From an uncultured Candidatus Saccharibacteria bacterium (lineage in GTDB: Bacteria > Patescibacteriota > SICC01): a stretch of 64,000 bases of DNA. The notes under the pieces are model-generated. The model was not told where the DNA came from. It saw only the letters and a program-made list of their open reading frames with translations, and did not search any database. The number at the start of each line of letters is the position of its first letter. Position 1 is the stretch's first letter. The stretch lies in contig CAYZCS010000001.1 in NCBI GenBank assembly GCA_964476895.1, positions 1,351 through 65,350 on the forward strand. The letters run 5' to 3'. A program made the translations under genes and the position numbers. This document shows, one piece after another, positions 45,576 through 55,279 of this stretch.

Positions 45576-46517
45576 TTATCCGCTTTCCCTAGCCTGCACG
45601 ACGACCTTCCCTCGCGGATGTCCCTCCTGCAGGTACGTGAGTGCATCGCCCGCCTGTTCCAGCGGGAACGTCTTGTCGATGATCGGCCGCACCGCCCCCT
45701 GGCCGACCAGTTCCGCCAGCTTCGTGAGCCGCTCCGCGGTCGCCTTGCCACGCACGGGAATCACTTCCACATCGTACTGCTCCGCACCTTCGAGCGGGCC
45801 GAACAGTTGCATCGAGGCGAGCCCGCCACCGGGCCGGAGCACCCTCAGTGAGTCCTTCGTCACGTCGCCGCCGACCGTATCAAGGACGGCATCACAGTCC
45901 CGGACCAAGTCGGTGAACGATTCGGCGCGGTAATCGATCGTCTCGTCGGCCCCGAGTTCTCGCGCGAATTCCCTGTCCTGGGCGCTGACTGTCGTGATCA
46001 CGTGCGCGCCAAGGTGCTTCGCGATCTGGATCGCCAGCGAGCCGATGCCGCCGGCACCGCCGTGGATCAACACCTTCTGCCCCTTGGACACGCCGAGGTG
46101 CTCGACGATCACCTGGTATGCGCTCGAGCCGGCCAGCGGCAGTGCGCCGGCATCCGTGAAGGATGTTCTCGGCGGCTTCGGCGCGAGCTGGCCTGCGGCC
46201 ACCGCGGTGAACTCGGCGAACGACCCGGCGCCACCCGTGGCATTGGTCGAGCCGTAGACCTCGTCACCGACCGCGATACCCGACACGCCCGGGCCGACTT
46301 CCGTGACCACCCCGGCCACGTCCCCGCCGAGCGTGGCCGGAAGTTCGAGTGATATCGAATCCTTGAAGTTCCCTGCCCGCAGTTTCGCGTCGAACGGGTT
46401 CACCCCGGCCGCGTGCACCTGGACGACCACCTGGCCACCCACCGCCTCCGGCTTCGGAACGTCACCCAGTACCGTCACTTCACTGCCGCCGTAGCCGGTG
46501 ATCCGGGATGCCTTCAC
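45576..46517 (-). CDS. zinc-type alcohol dehydrogenase-like quinone oxidoreductase (MDR superfamily)
   Basis: VKASRITGYGGSEV N-terminus (GTG start assumed), Rossmann GGAGGIGSLAIQIAK. Confidence 0.7.
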   Translation of the reverse strand: MKASRITGYGGSEVTVLGDVPKPEAVGGQVVVQVHAAGVNPFDAKLRAGNFKDSISLELPATLGGDVAGVVTEVGPGVSGIAVGDEVYGSTNATGGAGSFAEFTAVAAGQLAPKPPRTSFTDAGALPLAGSSAYQVIVEHLGVSKGQKVLIHGGAGGIGSLAIQIAKHLGAHVITTVSAQDREFARELGADETIDYRAESFTDLVRDCDAVLDTVGGDVTKDSLRVLRPGGGLASMQLFGPLEGAEQYDVEVIPVRGKATAERLTKLAELVGQGAVRPIIDKTFPLEQAGDALTYLQEGHPRGKVVVQARESG

Positions 46518-46645
46518 CCTTCCAGCATAATAAGGGCGGCCGCCGCCGGCCAGGACGGCGTACCGCCGGCTTGATGGGAGTACCCTCATGTGCGATAACT
46601 GAACGTCGCCGTTCTTTTACATCGCAAGGCAACCGAAAGGATCAC

Positions 46646-47062
46646 ATGCGCGACATGAGGGCCGAGCGCGGTCTCGGCGACCCGAAGTACTGGTCGGAGC
46701 TGCCATCGATTGCGTTGCCGGGCGAGCCCGACGCCGAGCCGTTGCTATCCAACCCGGATGCGGACGTCGGTGCGGTCATCGACTCATGGAAGCAGGCGGC
46801 GGTGTTCAGGATCTCGAGTCCGCCCCTGCCCGTGACCAGTTGGCCCGCGTTCTACGTGGGGTGGTACGACGCTAACGGCTCCCTGCACCGGCTCGGCGTT
46901 CCCGTCGGACTCGATCAGTGGGGACATTTCGCCATGCGGATCGGGCACGAGGACGTGCAGTTCTTCATCATGCCCCTAAATCCGACGGCGAGGCTCGAGT
47001 GGGAGCTGGTCGGTGTCTACGACATCGACGACCCCGACATGACCGACGTCCCGCTGTACTAG
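46646..47062 (+). CDS. hypothetical protein
   Basis: internal ATG of track ORF 46508..47062 (MRDMRAERG...); no motif recognised. Confidence 0.4.
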   Translation: MRDMRAERGLGDPKYWSELPSIALPGEPDAEPLLSNPDADVGAVIDSWKQAAVFRISSPPLPVTSWPAFYVGWYDANGSLHRLGVPVGLDQWGHFAMRIGHEDVQFFIMPLNPTARLEWELVGVYDIDDPDMTDVPLY

Positions 47063-47176
47063 CCGTTCCGCCCGTTCCCGATCTACCGCACTCCAGCGGA
47101 CCATGATCAGGAACGGGCATCTCCTGAGCGCATCTCACGACGAGGTGCCCTGAGGAGAATCCCGACGGGTCCCCGC

Positions 47177-48925
47177 CTAGTCCCGCTTCCGCAGCTGGAT
47201 GTGCACGTCGCGGAGCTGTTCCGGGTCCAGTTCGCGCGGCGCCTGCATCATCGGGTCCTCGGCACGCTGGTTCTTTGGGAACGCGATCACCTCGCGGATG
47301 TTCGGCTGGTCCATCAGAAGCATCAGGAGCCGGTCCAGCCCCCAGGCGATTCCACCGTGCGGCGGCATGCCGTACTTGAAGGCTTTCAGGAAGTGCCCGA
47401 AGGCCTTTTCGAAGTGGTCTTCCTTGTAGCCGACCTTGCCGAAGACCTTTTGGAGCAGCTTCGGGTCGTGATTCCGGATCGCGCCGCCGGCGATCTCTTC
47501 GCCGTTCAGCACCAGGTCGTACTGGCGGCCGCGAACCTCCCCTAGCGACTCTTCATCGAGCGCCTCGGGATTGGCGACCATCGAGAACGGGTTGTGGCTG
47601 AAGTCCCAGTGGCCGGTGTCGTCGTCGCGCTCGTACATCGGGAACTCGGTGATCCAGGCGAACGCGAATACGTCCGGGTCGGCGAGGCCACGCTCGCGGC
47701 CAAGCCGGTGCCGGAGCGTCGAAAGCACCTTCGCCACCACCGGCGGCCGGTCGGCGACGAACAGCGCCAGGTCGCCGGCTTTCGTGCCGAGCGCCTGGTG
47801 CAGGGCCTGCTGCACGTCGTCCGCCAGGAACTTCGCGATCGGACTCTCGAACGTTCCCTGCTCCGGGACCTTGAGCCAGGCCAGGCCCTTCGCGCCTTCC
47901 TCGGTCGCGAACGCGGTGAGCGCGTCGACCTCGCCGCGGCTAAGGTCCGCGGCATCCGGCACGACGATCGCCTTCACCTGGTCGGCGCCCGTGAATACCT
48001 TGAAGTCACTCTTCCGGACTACGTCCGTCACGTCCCGAAGCTCCATCCCGAACCGGAGGTCGGGGCGGTCCGTTCCGAACCGCTCCAGCGCCTCGCGGTG
48101 CGCCAGACGCGGGAACGGCGTCTTGAGTATCTTCTTCTTGGTGAACTGCTTGGTGAGGTCGGTCGCGAGCTGCTCGTTCAGCCCGATCACGTCTGCTTCC
48201 TCGACGAACGTCATCTCCACGTCGATCTGCGTGAACTCGGGCTGGCGGTCGCCGCGGAGGTCCTCGTCGCGGAACACCCGGGCGATCTGGTAGTACTGGT
48301 CCATCCCGCCGACCATCAGGAGCTGCTTGAAGAGCTGGGGCGCCTGCGGCAGCGCGTAGAACGCGTGCGGATGCACGCGGCTCGGCACGACGAAGTCACG
48401 CGCGCCTTCCGGCGAACTGCTGGTCAGGAGCGGCGTTTCCACCTCCGTGAATCCGCGTTTGTCGTGGAAGTCGCGGATCGCCTTGATGATCCGGTGCCGG
48501 AGCCGGACACGGTCACCCACGTCCTTCCGGAGGTCCAGGTATCGGTGCTTCAACCGTAACTCTTCGCCGACCTCTTCCTGCGAATCGATCTCGAACGGCG
48601 GCGTCTGCGACTCGGCCAGGACGGTCACCTCCTCCACGGCCACCTCCACGTCGCCGGTCGCGAGGTCCTTGTTGACGGTCTCCTTCGAACGCTTCCGTAC
48701 CGCGCCGGTCACCTGCAGGACCCATTCCGGCCGGACGCGGTCGGCCGCCTTGAACGCCGCTTCCTGCTCCGGGTGCAGGACCAGCTGGGTCAGGCCGTAG
48801 CGATCGCGCAGGTCGATGAAAATCAGCCCGCCGTGGTCCCGGCGCCGATGTACCCAACCGGCCAGCGTGACGGTCTTGCCGGCATGCTTCGGCCGGAGTT
48901 CTCCGAGCGTGTGTGTTCGCAGCAT
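47177..48925 (-). CDS. aspS: aspartate--tRNA ligase
   Basis: N-terminal OB-fold MLRTHTLGELR...GWVHRRRDHGGLIFIDLRD; class II motifs (FRDEDLRGDRQPEFTQID, GGIAWGLDRL). Confidence 0.9.
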   Translation of the reverse strand: MLRTHTLGELRPKHAGKTVTLAGWVHRRRDHGGLIFIDLRDRYGLTQLVLHPEQEAAFKAADRVRPEWVLQVTGAVRKRSKETVNKDLATGDVEVAVEEVTVLAESQTPPFEIDSQEEVGEELRLKHRYLDLRKDVGDRVRLRHRIIKAIRDFHDKRGFTEVETPLLTSSSPEGARDFVVPSRVHPHAFYALPQAPQLFKQLLMVGGMDQYYQIARVFRDEDLRGDRQPEFTQIDVEMTFVEEADVIGLNEQLATDLTKQFTKKKILKTPFPRLAHREALERFGTDRPDLRFGMELRDVTDVVRKSDFKVFTGADQVKAIVVPDAADLSRGEVDALTAFATEEGAKGLAWLKVPEQGTFESPIAKFLADDVQQALHQALGTKAGDLALFVADRPPVVAKVLSTLRHRLGRERGLADPDVFAFAWITEFPMYERDDDTGHWDFSHNPFSMVANPEALDEESLGEVRGRQYDLVLNGEEIAGGAIRNHDPKLLQKVFGKVGYKEDHFEKAFGHFLKAFKYGMPPHGGIAWGLDRLLMLLMDQPNIREVIAFPKNQRAEDPMMQAPRELDPEQLRDVHIQLRKRD

Positions 48926-48985
48926 ACGCCCAGTGTACCAACAAGCCGTACGGATGCGGCAGGGCGTGCGTCGCCGACTCAAAGG

Positions 48986-49603
48986 TCACTTCGGCGGCGC
49001 CGGGATCGGATTCGCCCGGAGCGCTTCCGCCACGGCGTAGAGATTCGCGGCGGCCGTCTTGCCGGTCGACTCCGACCAGTCGTGTCCCTGCTCCGTCTCG
49101 GTATAGTTCTGGCCGCCGCCCGGTCCGATGTTCCAGTACGTCCAGGACTGGCCCGGCACCGTGAAGCCGATCTCGATCAGCGCCGCCTCTACCTCGGCAA
49201 CCACCCAGTGCGCGCCGTCCGACGTGCCGGTCACCACGATCCCGGCGACCTTGTTGTACGCGGGCGGGTGACCCGCGTCGTCCGTCTCGAAGATCATCGC
49301 GTCTAGCCGCTCCAGCACCCGCTTGGCCATGCTGGACTGCTGCCCGAGCCAGGTCGGCGTGGCGATCACCAGGATATCCGCCGCCAGGACTTGCTTGCGG
49401 ATGGATGGCCACTCGTCGCCGGCACCCTCATCGTTGCTCACCCCCGGGTGGACGTCGTAATCCACGACGCGGACCAGCTCGGTTTCCGCACCCTTTTCCT
49501 GGAGCTCCCGCTCCACGACCCTGGCTAATTCCTCCGTGTTCGATGTCTCAGGTGATGGTTTGAGCGTGCAGCCGAGAACGAGCGCCTTGATCGGTCTTGT
49601 CAT
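48986..49603 (-). CDS. NAD(P)H-dependent FMN reductase / flavodoxin-like fold protein
   Basis: MTRPIKALVLGCTLKPSPETSNTEEL and the WLGQQSS region. Confidence 0.65.
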   Translation of the reverse strand: MTRPIKALVLGCTLKPSPETSNTEELARVVERELQEKGAETELVRVVDYDVHPGVSNDEGAGDEWPSIRKQVLAADILVIATPTWLGQQSSMAKRVLERLDAMIFETDDAGHPPAYNKVAGIVVTGTSDGAHWVVAEVEAALIEIGFTVPGQSWTYWNIGPGGGQNYTETEQGHDWSESTGKTAAANLYAVAEALRANPIPAPPK

Positions 49604-49666
49604 GGAAACATGATGCGCGCATGCGCCCGGCGCCGCATTGGAGAGGTACACAAAGACCGGAACGGG

Positions 49667-51004
49667 TCAGGAAACGGTTTCCTTGAGCCGTTTCTTGACT
49701 TGCTCTTTCAGCTTGCCCGGGCGCGAGGACCCCGCGCCGATACCGCGCAGGACCGCTTCGAAGTCCCGCAACCCGTACCGTTCCACCTGCCGGCGGATGT
49801 CCTCGGGAGTCAGGAGGGCCAGCGGATCATCGACCCGGATTCCCTTTTTCCGTAATTCCTTGTCGTCACGGAGGAGCTCGAACACGATCTGCCTGCCGCG
49901 CTCCCCGAATCCTTCGGGGTCCGCTTCCTTGATCGCCCGCCGGATCCGCGACCGGGACCGCCGGGTGCTCACCTTGTCCAGCCAGCTCTCCCGCCAGGTC
50001 TCGCGCTTGTTCCGCTGTGAGCCGTAATCCACCCGGACCCGGTCGCCGTACGAAAGCCGGTCCTCGAAGCCGGCGCGCGTGCCGTTGATTTCGACACCCC
50101 GCGTCCGGAGCGCCCGCCGGCTATGGATCTCGAACGCGAAGTCGAGCGCGGTCGCGCCATGCGGCAGGTCGAAGAGGTTTCCGTCGGGAGCGAAGACCAG
50201 TAGCCTCGGGGCCAGCCCTGAAAGGTCGCCGTCCGGCCGGTGCCTGATCTCCGCCGCGGCCAGGTCGCGCCAGCGGTACATCCGGTTCGGACGTCGATCC
50301 CCATCCTTGCGGAACGTACCCGGTGTCAGCTTGGTGGCCGCTTCATAGAACATATGCGAAGCGTTGGGGTCCGATTCAGCGTGTTCGTGCATGGCCGAGG
50401 TCCGGATCTGTACTTCGAGTTGCGGGTACCCGGCCGGCGCCTCGCGCGCGGAACGATCCTCTAACGTCAGATGAAGGCTGCGGTACCCGTTCGGCTTGGG
50501 GTTGGCGATGTAATCCTTGAACCGCCCGAGGTCGGGATCGAACGCCTCGTTGATCGCGCTCATGGCGCTGTAGCAGTGTGCGATCGCCGCTTCCTCGTCC
50601 AAACCGGAATCGATTACCGCGCGAACACCGATGAAGTCAGTGATCCGGTAGTCGGTACGGCCGTCTTTCGCGCACTTCCGCCAGATGCTGTAGTACCGCT
50701 TGCGGCGAGCTTCGACGCTGAGATGGCCGGACAACCCAGGAAGCTCCTTCTCCACCTCTTCCCGGATTTCCCGGCGATACTTTCCGGCGGCGGCGTCCAA
50801 CGCTCTCCGCTCCCCGAGCGCGACGTAGGTATCGATGATCTCTTGTCGCTCTTTTGGAAAGAGCACTTCGAACGCCCTTTCTTCCAGCGCTTCCTTCTGC
50901 CGTTGCGAACCGATGATCTCGGCGGCCGGAGCCCAGATCCAGAAGGCCTGCCGGGCCAAAATCCTCGGTCCGCTCGGATGGCTCGGCAAGCCTGGCATGG
51001 GCAA
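49667..51004 (-). CDS. RelA/SpoT-homolog (p)ppGpp synthetase with a TGS domain
   Basis: synthetase motifs YRSLHLTL, LEVQIRTSAMHEHAE; TGS-like segment LLVFAPDGNLFDLPHGATALDFAFEIH; no intact HD hydrolase motif seen. Confidence 0.7.
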   Translation of the reverse strand: MPMPGLPSHPSGPRILARQAFWIWAPAAEIIGSQRQKEALEERAFEVLFPKERQEIIDTYVALGERRALDAAAGKYRREIREEVEKELPGLSGHLSVEARRKRYYSIWRKCAKDGRTDYRITDFIGVRAVIDSGLDEEAAIAHCYSAMSAINEAFDPDLGRFKDYIANPKPNGYRSLHLTLEDRSAREAPAGYPQLEVQIRTSAMHEHAESDPNASHMFYEAATKLTPGTFRKDGDRRPNRMYRWRDLAAAEIRHRPDGDLSGLAPRLLVFAPDGNLFDLPHGATALDFAFEIHSRRALRTRGVEINGTRAGFEDRLSYGDRVRVDYGSQRNKRETWRESWLDKVSTRRSRSRIRRAIKEADPEGFGERGRQIVFELLRDDKELRKKGIRVDDPLALLTPEDIRRQVERYGLRDFEAVLRGIGAGSSRPGKLKEQVKKRLKETVS

Positions 51005-51377
51005 GTTCCAGGAACGCCTCCAGATTCGAGCGATTCCCCGCGGCCTCCAACAGTAACTTGATGTGATTCTCGATGGTCCGGTTGTGCGTGTGCTTCTGGA
51101 CCTCGATGTTGTTCTCCGGCACCAGGGCCTTCACATGACCCATGACCTCGAGCCTTCCCGCCAGGTCCTCGGCCGGTGGCAAGTCCTGCCAATCCACCCC
51201 TGCATACGCCGGTCGGTCGCTCTCCAGCGCCGCGAGGATCCGCTGCCACCCTCCGGCATCCACCGACTCGACGGCGCGAGCCGTCTCCGGCTCAAGCCGG
51301 ACAGTACCGAATGGCGGCTCGCCCCGACCGTCCTTTTCGGGAACAGGATCCAGGGCGGGTTCGGGTCGGTCGCTCAT
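50990..51377 (-). CDS. upstream out-of-frame ORF abutting the RelA-like gene (possible frameshifted N-terminal segment or separate small gene)
   Basis: track ORF 50637..51377 begins MSDRPEPALD... and continues in a different frame across the first 360 nt of the relA-like ORF; only the 5' 390 nt look protein-like. Confidence 0.3.
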
Positions 51378-51389
51378 GACTGCGTGGTA

Positions 51390-52373
51390 TTACAGTTCGG
51401 CAAAGGCCGTCCTGGCATCCAGCCCAGCCTGCCGCGAACGTTCCTCGAGGATCGGCCGCAGCCTTTCCTCGGCCTCGGCAATGACCCGCCGCGCGTACTT
51501 GATCGAGACGCCAAGCTCTCGGGCGGTGTCGCGAATCCCTTTCGGCTCTTCTTCGCCAAGGCCATACCGTAGCTGCAGCGCCCGGACCAGACGCTCGTCC
51601 TCGGATTGTTCCAGGTCCTTGATCGATTCCCCCAGCGCCGACATCAGACGTCGTCTGGTATCCTCGTCTGTGACTATTTCCTCGGGAGCACCGCTCTGCT
51701 TGTCCACTTGAAGTTCCCCGAGCGTCGTATCACCGTCACCGCCTTTTACCGGACTGTCGAGCGATACCGCCGGCTCGTCTATGTCGCGGAGTGCGTCGAC
51801 TTCCGCCGGTTCCCTCCCGAGTTCCGCGGCGACTTCTTCAGCGGTCGGCTCGCGGTTCAGGAGGGACGTCAACCGGTTCTCTGCGCGGCGCATCTTGGCG
51901 ATCTCCTGTCCGATGTGGATCGGAACACGCGCCGTCCGACCCTCGTTGTAGAGCCCGCGCGACATGCTCTGACGGATCCACCAGGTCGCGTAAGTCGAGA
52001 ACTTATACCCGCGCCGCCAATCGAACTTTTCCGCGGCCCTGATCAGTCCCATGCTGCCGTGCTGAATCAGGTCGAGCTTATGAAGACCGTGACCCTCATA
52101 GCGCTTCGTGAGCGAGACCACTAGCCGGAGGTTCGAATTGATCAAGTGCTGCTTCGCCTCCAGGTCACCCCGTTCGATCCGTTTGGCCAGGTCCACCTCT
52201 TGTTCAGCCGTCAGCAGAGGATGCTTCTGGATGTCACGGAAATACAGGTCGAGTCCGTCTTCCGGCATGACATCGGCAACGGCCGTTTCGGCGGAAGCAG
52301 CTTCCGTGGAAACTGCTTCCGCGGGAACCACTTCCGCGTCTGATATTTCGTACTGTAGCGCTGTTTCTGCCAT
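51390..52373 (-). CDS. RNA polymerase sigma-70 family factor (RpoD-like, regions 1.2-4)
   Basis: LYFRDIQKHPLLTAEQE, DLIQHGSMGLIRAAEKFD, YATWWIRQ and a C-terminal region 4 HTH. Confidence 0.85.
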   Translation of the reverse strand: MAETALQYEISDAEVVPAEAVSTEAASAETAVADVMPEDGLDLYFRDIQKHPLLTAEQEVDLAKRIERGDLEAKQHLINSNLRLVVSLTKRYEGHGLHKLDLIQHGSMGLIRAAEKFDWRRGYKFSTYATWWIRQSMSRGLYNEGRTARVPIHIGQEIAKMRRAENRLTSLLNREPTAEEVAAELGREPAEVDALRDIDEPAVSLDSPVKGGDGDTTLGELQVDKQSGAPEEIVTDEDTRRRLMSALGESIKDLEQSEDERLVRALQLRYGLGEEEPKGIRDTARELGVSIKYARRVIAEAEERLRPILEERSRQAGLDARTAFAEL

Positions 52374-52516
52374 AAAAAAGTGGGTTTGGCAGTGTAGTAT
52401 AACACGCCACTACGTAAGAGACGGGTACCGAAAAACTCCCACGATAGATAAAGGCCGGCAAATTCTGGGGAATCTGCCGGCCTGAGCCGTACGATGGCCG
52501 AAGCCTTACGGGTCGC

Positions 52517-52798
52517 TCACAAGTTACCGAGGTGCCCGCCGATCTCGTAGGCGATGAGAATCGCCGCGATACCGACGAGCGTGCTGCCCACGGTCCGAAG
52601 ACCGCTGACATTCTCCGGCAGGTTGTAGATCCAGAACAGCACCGCCCAGATGCTCAGGATGAACCAAGCGTAGAAGAATCCGGCGTCGTCACCGAGCTTC
52701 ACGCCGACGTACCGGAGCACCACGCTGACCGTGAGCACCAGGGTGATCCAGAAGAACGTTCCGGGCCTGCGCGCCGGAGGGTAATCCGCCGCCTCCAT
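52517..52798 (-). CDS. small membrane protein
   Basis: 93 aa, three hydrophobic helices. Confidence 0.45.
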   Translation of the reverse strand: MEAADYPPARRPGTFFWITLVLTVSVVLRYVGVKLGDDAGFFYAWFILSIWAVLFWIYNLPENVSGLRTVGSTLVGIAAILIAYEIGGHLGNL

Positions 52799-52812
52799 AC
52801 TTCTCCTCTCAT

Positions 52813-53910
52813 GTGATGTCTGATGGGAAAGAACGACTAGTCAGTTTAGTGCACGACCGACCAATGGACAACCGAAGCGTACGGTACCATGGGCAGGTGA
52901 AACGGGACGCGAAAGTAGTGGTGATCGGCGGCGGGACGGGCACGTTCGCCACGCTTTCCGCGCTCAAGGGCCGTGTCGGCCATCTCAGCGGGATCGTGAA
53001 CATGGTGGACGACGGCGGCTCCACCGGCGTGCTGCGCGACGAACTCGGCGTCCTTCCGCCCGGCGACGTCCGGCAGTGCCTGGTCGCCCTGGCCAGCGAT
53101 ACCAGCCACATGCGGAAGCTGATGAATTACCGGTTCACCGACGGCACGTTCCAAGGCCATCCGTTCGGGAACCTGTTCCTGTCCGTCCTGGAGAAGACCA
53201 CCGGAGGCTTCGCCGACGCGGTCAAGACGGCCGGCGAGATCCTGGCGATCGAGGGCGAGGTCATCCCGGTCACTACGGATGACATCCGCCTCTGCCGGCG
53301 GCAGCCGGACGGGACGGTCATCAAGGGCGAGGGTACGATCCAGGACTCGTTCTTCGAGCACGGCGAGAACGCGGATATCTACCTCGAACCGCGAGCGGTA
53401 CTCAACGAGGAGGCTGCCCGGGCGATCAAGGAAGCAGACCTGGTCGTCTTCGGCCCCGGCAACTTCTACTGCTCCCTGGTACCGAACCTCCTGGTCGAAG
53501 GCATGCCCGAGGCGCTCGGGGCGGCGGCCGGCAGACGCGTATTCATCTGCAACCTGGTCAACAAGCCGCACCAGACCGCGGGATTCAAGGTGCATGACTA
53601 CGTCGAGCGGCTCGAGCGGCACGCCAAGCCGGGCCTGTTCGACTACGTCCTGTACGATTCCAGCCGCCCGAGCGAGGAACTGCTGGCCCGTTACCAGGAG
53701 GCCGGGGAGGAGTGGGTCGAGCACGATCCGGCCGCGTTCGAGGGTAAGCCGTACCGCGCGATCGGCACGGATCTCCTCTCCACCGCCCCGCCCGAGCGGC
53801 GCGGCAGCGGCCCCAAGCAGGCCGCGGTCACCCGTAACCTGATCCGGCATGATCCGGAAAAGCTGGCGGCGGTGATCCTGCGCGAGCTGCTCCCAGGCCC
53901 CGGGGCTTGA
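52813..53910 (+). CDS. YvcK/gluconeogenesis-factor family (CofD-like) protein
   Basis: VVVIGGGTGTFATLSALK and VNMVDDGGSTG motifs. Confidence 0.75.
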   Translation: MMSDGKERLVSLVHDRPMDNRSVRYHGQVKRDAKVVVIGGGTGTFATLSALKGRVGHLSGIVNMVDDGGSTGVLRDELGVLPPGDVRQCLVALASDTSHMRKLMNYRFTDGTFQGHPFGNLFLSVLEKTTGGFADAVKTAGEILAIEGEVIPVTTDDIRLCRRQPDGTVIKGEGTIQDSFFEHGENADIYLEPRAVLNEEAARAIKEADLVVFGPGNFYCSLVPNLLVEGMPEALGAAAGRRVFICNLVNKPHQTAGFKVHDYVERLERHAKPGLFDYVLYDSSRPSEELLARYQEAGEEWVEHDPAAFEGKPYRAIGTDLLSTAPPERRGSGPKQAAVTRNLIRHDPEKLAAVILRELLPGPGA

Positions 53911-54019
53911 CAGGAGCCGAAAAAAAGCCCATAATCAACGATTGTTCTGATGGATAGGAGCTGTAGTTACATTCTCGCTGTTCAGCCGAACAGCGATATC
54001 TACTACCACAAAGGATCCT

Positions 54020-55279
54020 ATGTCCCATCAATCATCCCGTTCACCGCGGCGTAATCGCCGCACATTCAATTCGAATAAGCCCGGCCGGCCGAACCGGTCC
54101 GGCAATTTCCGGCGCGGCGGTTCTCCGTCACGCGGCGGAGGCGGCCGCGGCCGCGCCAAGGCGCAGATCGACCCACGACGGTTCGTAAACGCCGCCACGA
54201 TCCCGGCCGAGATCGTGCCCTACGACCCCCACCACTCGTTCGACGATTTCCCCTTCGAGCCGAAACTGAAGGAAGCGATCCGGGCCAAGGGCTTCGAACA
54301 TCCGACCGCGATCCAGGACCAGGCCATTCCCCACGTGCTGGCCGGCAAGGACCTGGTCGGCCTCGCCAACACCGGCACCGGCAAGACGGCGGGCTTCGTG
54401 CTGCCGATCATCCACCGGCTGGCCACCAAGCAATCCAAGATGGCCTTGATCGTGGCGCCGACCCGCGAGCTCGCCAAGCAGATCAACGACGAGTTCCTCG
54501 ACTTCGGCAAGCGGTTCGGCTATTCCAGCGCGGTGTGCGTGGGCGGCATGCGCGAGCAGCCGCAGATCTCCGCGCTCTACCGGAAACCACAGGTGGTGAT
54601 CGGTACGCCGGGCCGTCTCAAGGACTTCGTGAACCAGAAGCACCTGCGGCTCGACCAGTGCGATACCTTCGTGCTCGACGAAGCCGACCGCATGCTCGAC
54701 ATGGGCTTCGTCCACGACATGAAGTTCCTGATGCAGCACCTCCCCACCCACCGGCAATCGCTCTGTTTCTCCGCGACGATCACGCCGGAAGTCGAGCGGA
54801 TCATCGCCGAGCTGCTCCGCGACCCGGTGACCGTCTCGGTCCGTTCGACCGTCACCAGCGAGCATATCGAACAGGAAGTGATCCATGCCGACAGCAGGGA
54901 AGAGAAGCTCGACCATCTGGTGCAGATGCTCTCGAAGCCCGACTTCGGACGGGTGCTGGTATTCGGCGAGACGAAGTTCGGCGTGAAGCGCCTGGCGGAG
55001 AAGCTGAACAAGGCCGGCATCGAGGCTGCCGAGATCCATGGCAACCGCAACCAGAGCCAGCGCCAGCGGGCCCTCGATTCGTTCAAGCGCGGACGGGTGC
55101 GGGTCCTGGTCGCTACCGACGTGGCGGCGCGCGGCATCGACGTCGACGACGTCAGCCACGTGATCAATTACGACACGCCGGGCTCATACGAGGACTACGT
55201 CCACCGGATCGGCCGTACCGGCCGGGCCGGCAAGGGCGGTTCCGCGATCACGTTCGTGCCTCGGTCAGTCGCGCGATAG
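54020..55279 (+). CDS. DEAD-box ATP-dependent RNA helicase
   Basis: Q-motif, ANTGTGKT (Walker A), VLDEADRML (DEAD), SAT and HRIGRTGRAG motifs; basic N-terminal Arg/Gly tail. Confidence 0.9.
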   Translation: MSHQSSRSPRRNRRTFNSNKPGRPNRSGNFRRGGSPSRGGGGRGRAKAQIDPRRFVNAATIPAEIVPYDPHHSFDDFPFEPKLKEAIRAKGFEHPTAIQDQAIPHVLAGKDLVGLANTGTGKTAGFVLPIIHRLATKQSKMALIVAPTRELAKQINDEFLDFGKRFGYSSAVCVGGMREQPQISALYRKPQVVIGTPGRLKDFVNQKHLRLDQCDTFVLDEADRMLDMGFVHDMKFLMQHLPTHRQSLCFSATITPEVERIIAELLRDPVTVSVRSTVTSEHIEQEVIHADSREEKLDHLVQMLSKPDFGRVLVFGETKFGVKRLAEKLNKAGIEAAEIHGNRNQSQRQRALDSFKRGRVRVLVATDVAARGIDVDDVSHVINYDTPGSYEDYVHRIGRTGRAGKGGSAITFVPRSVAR

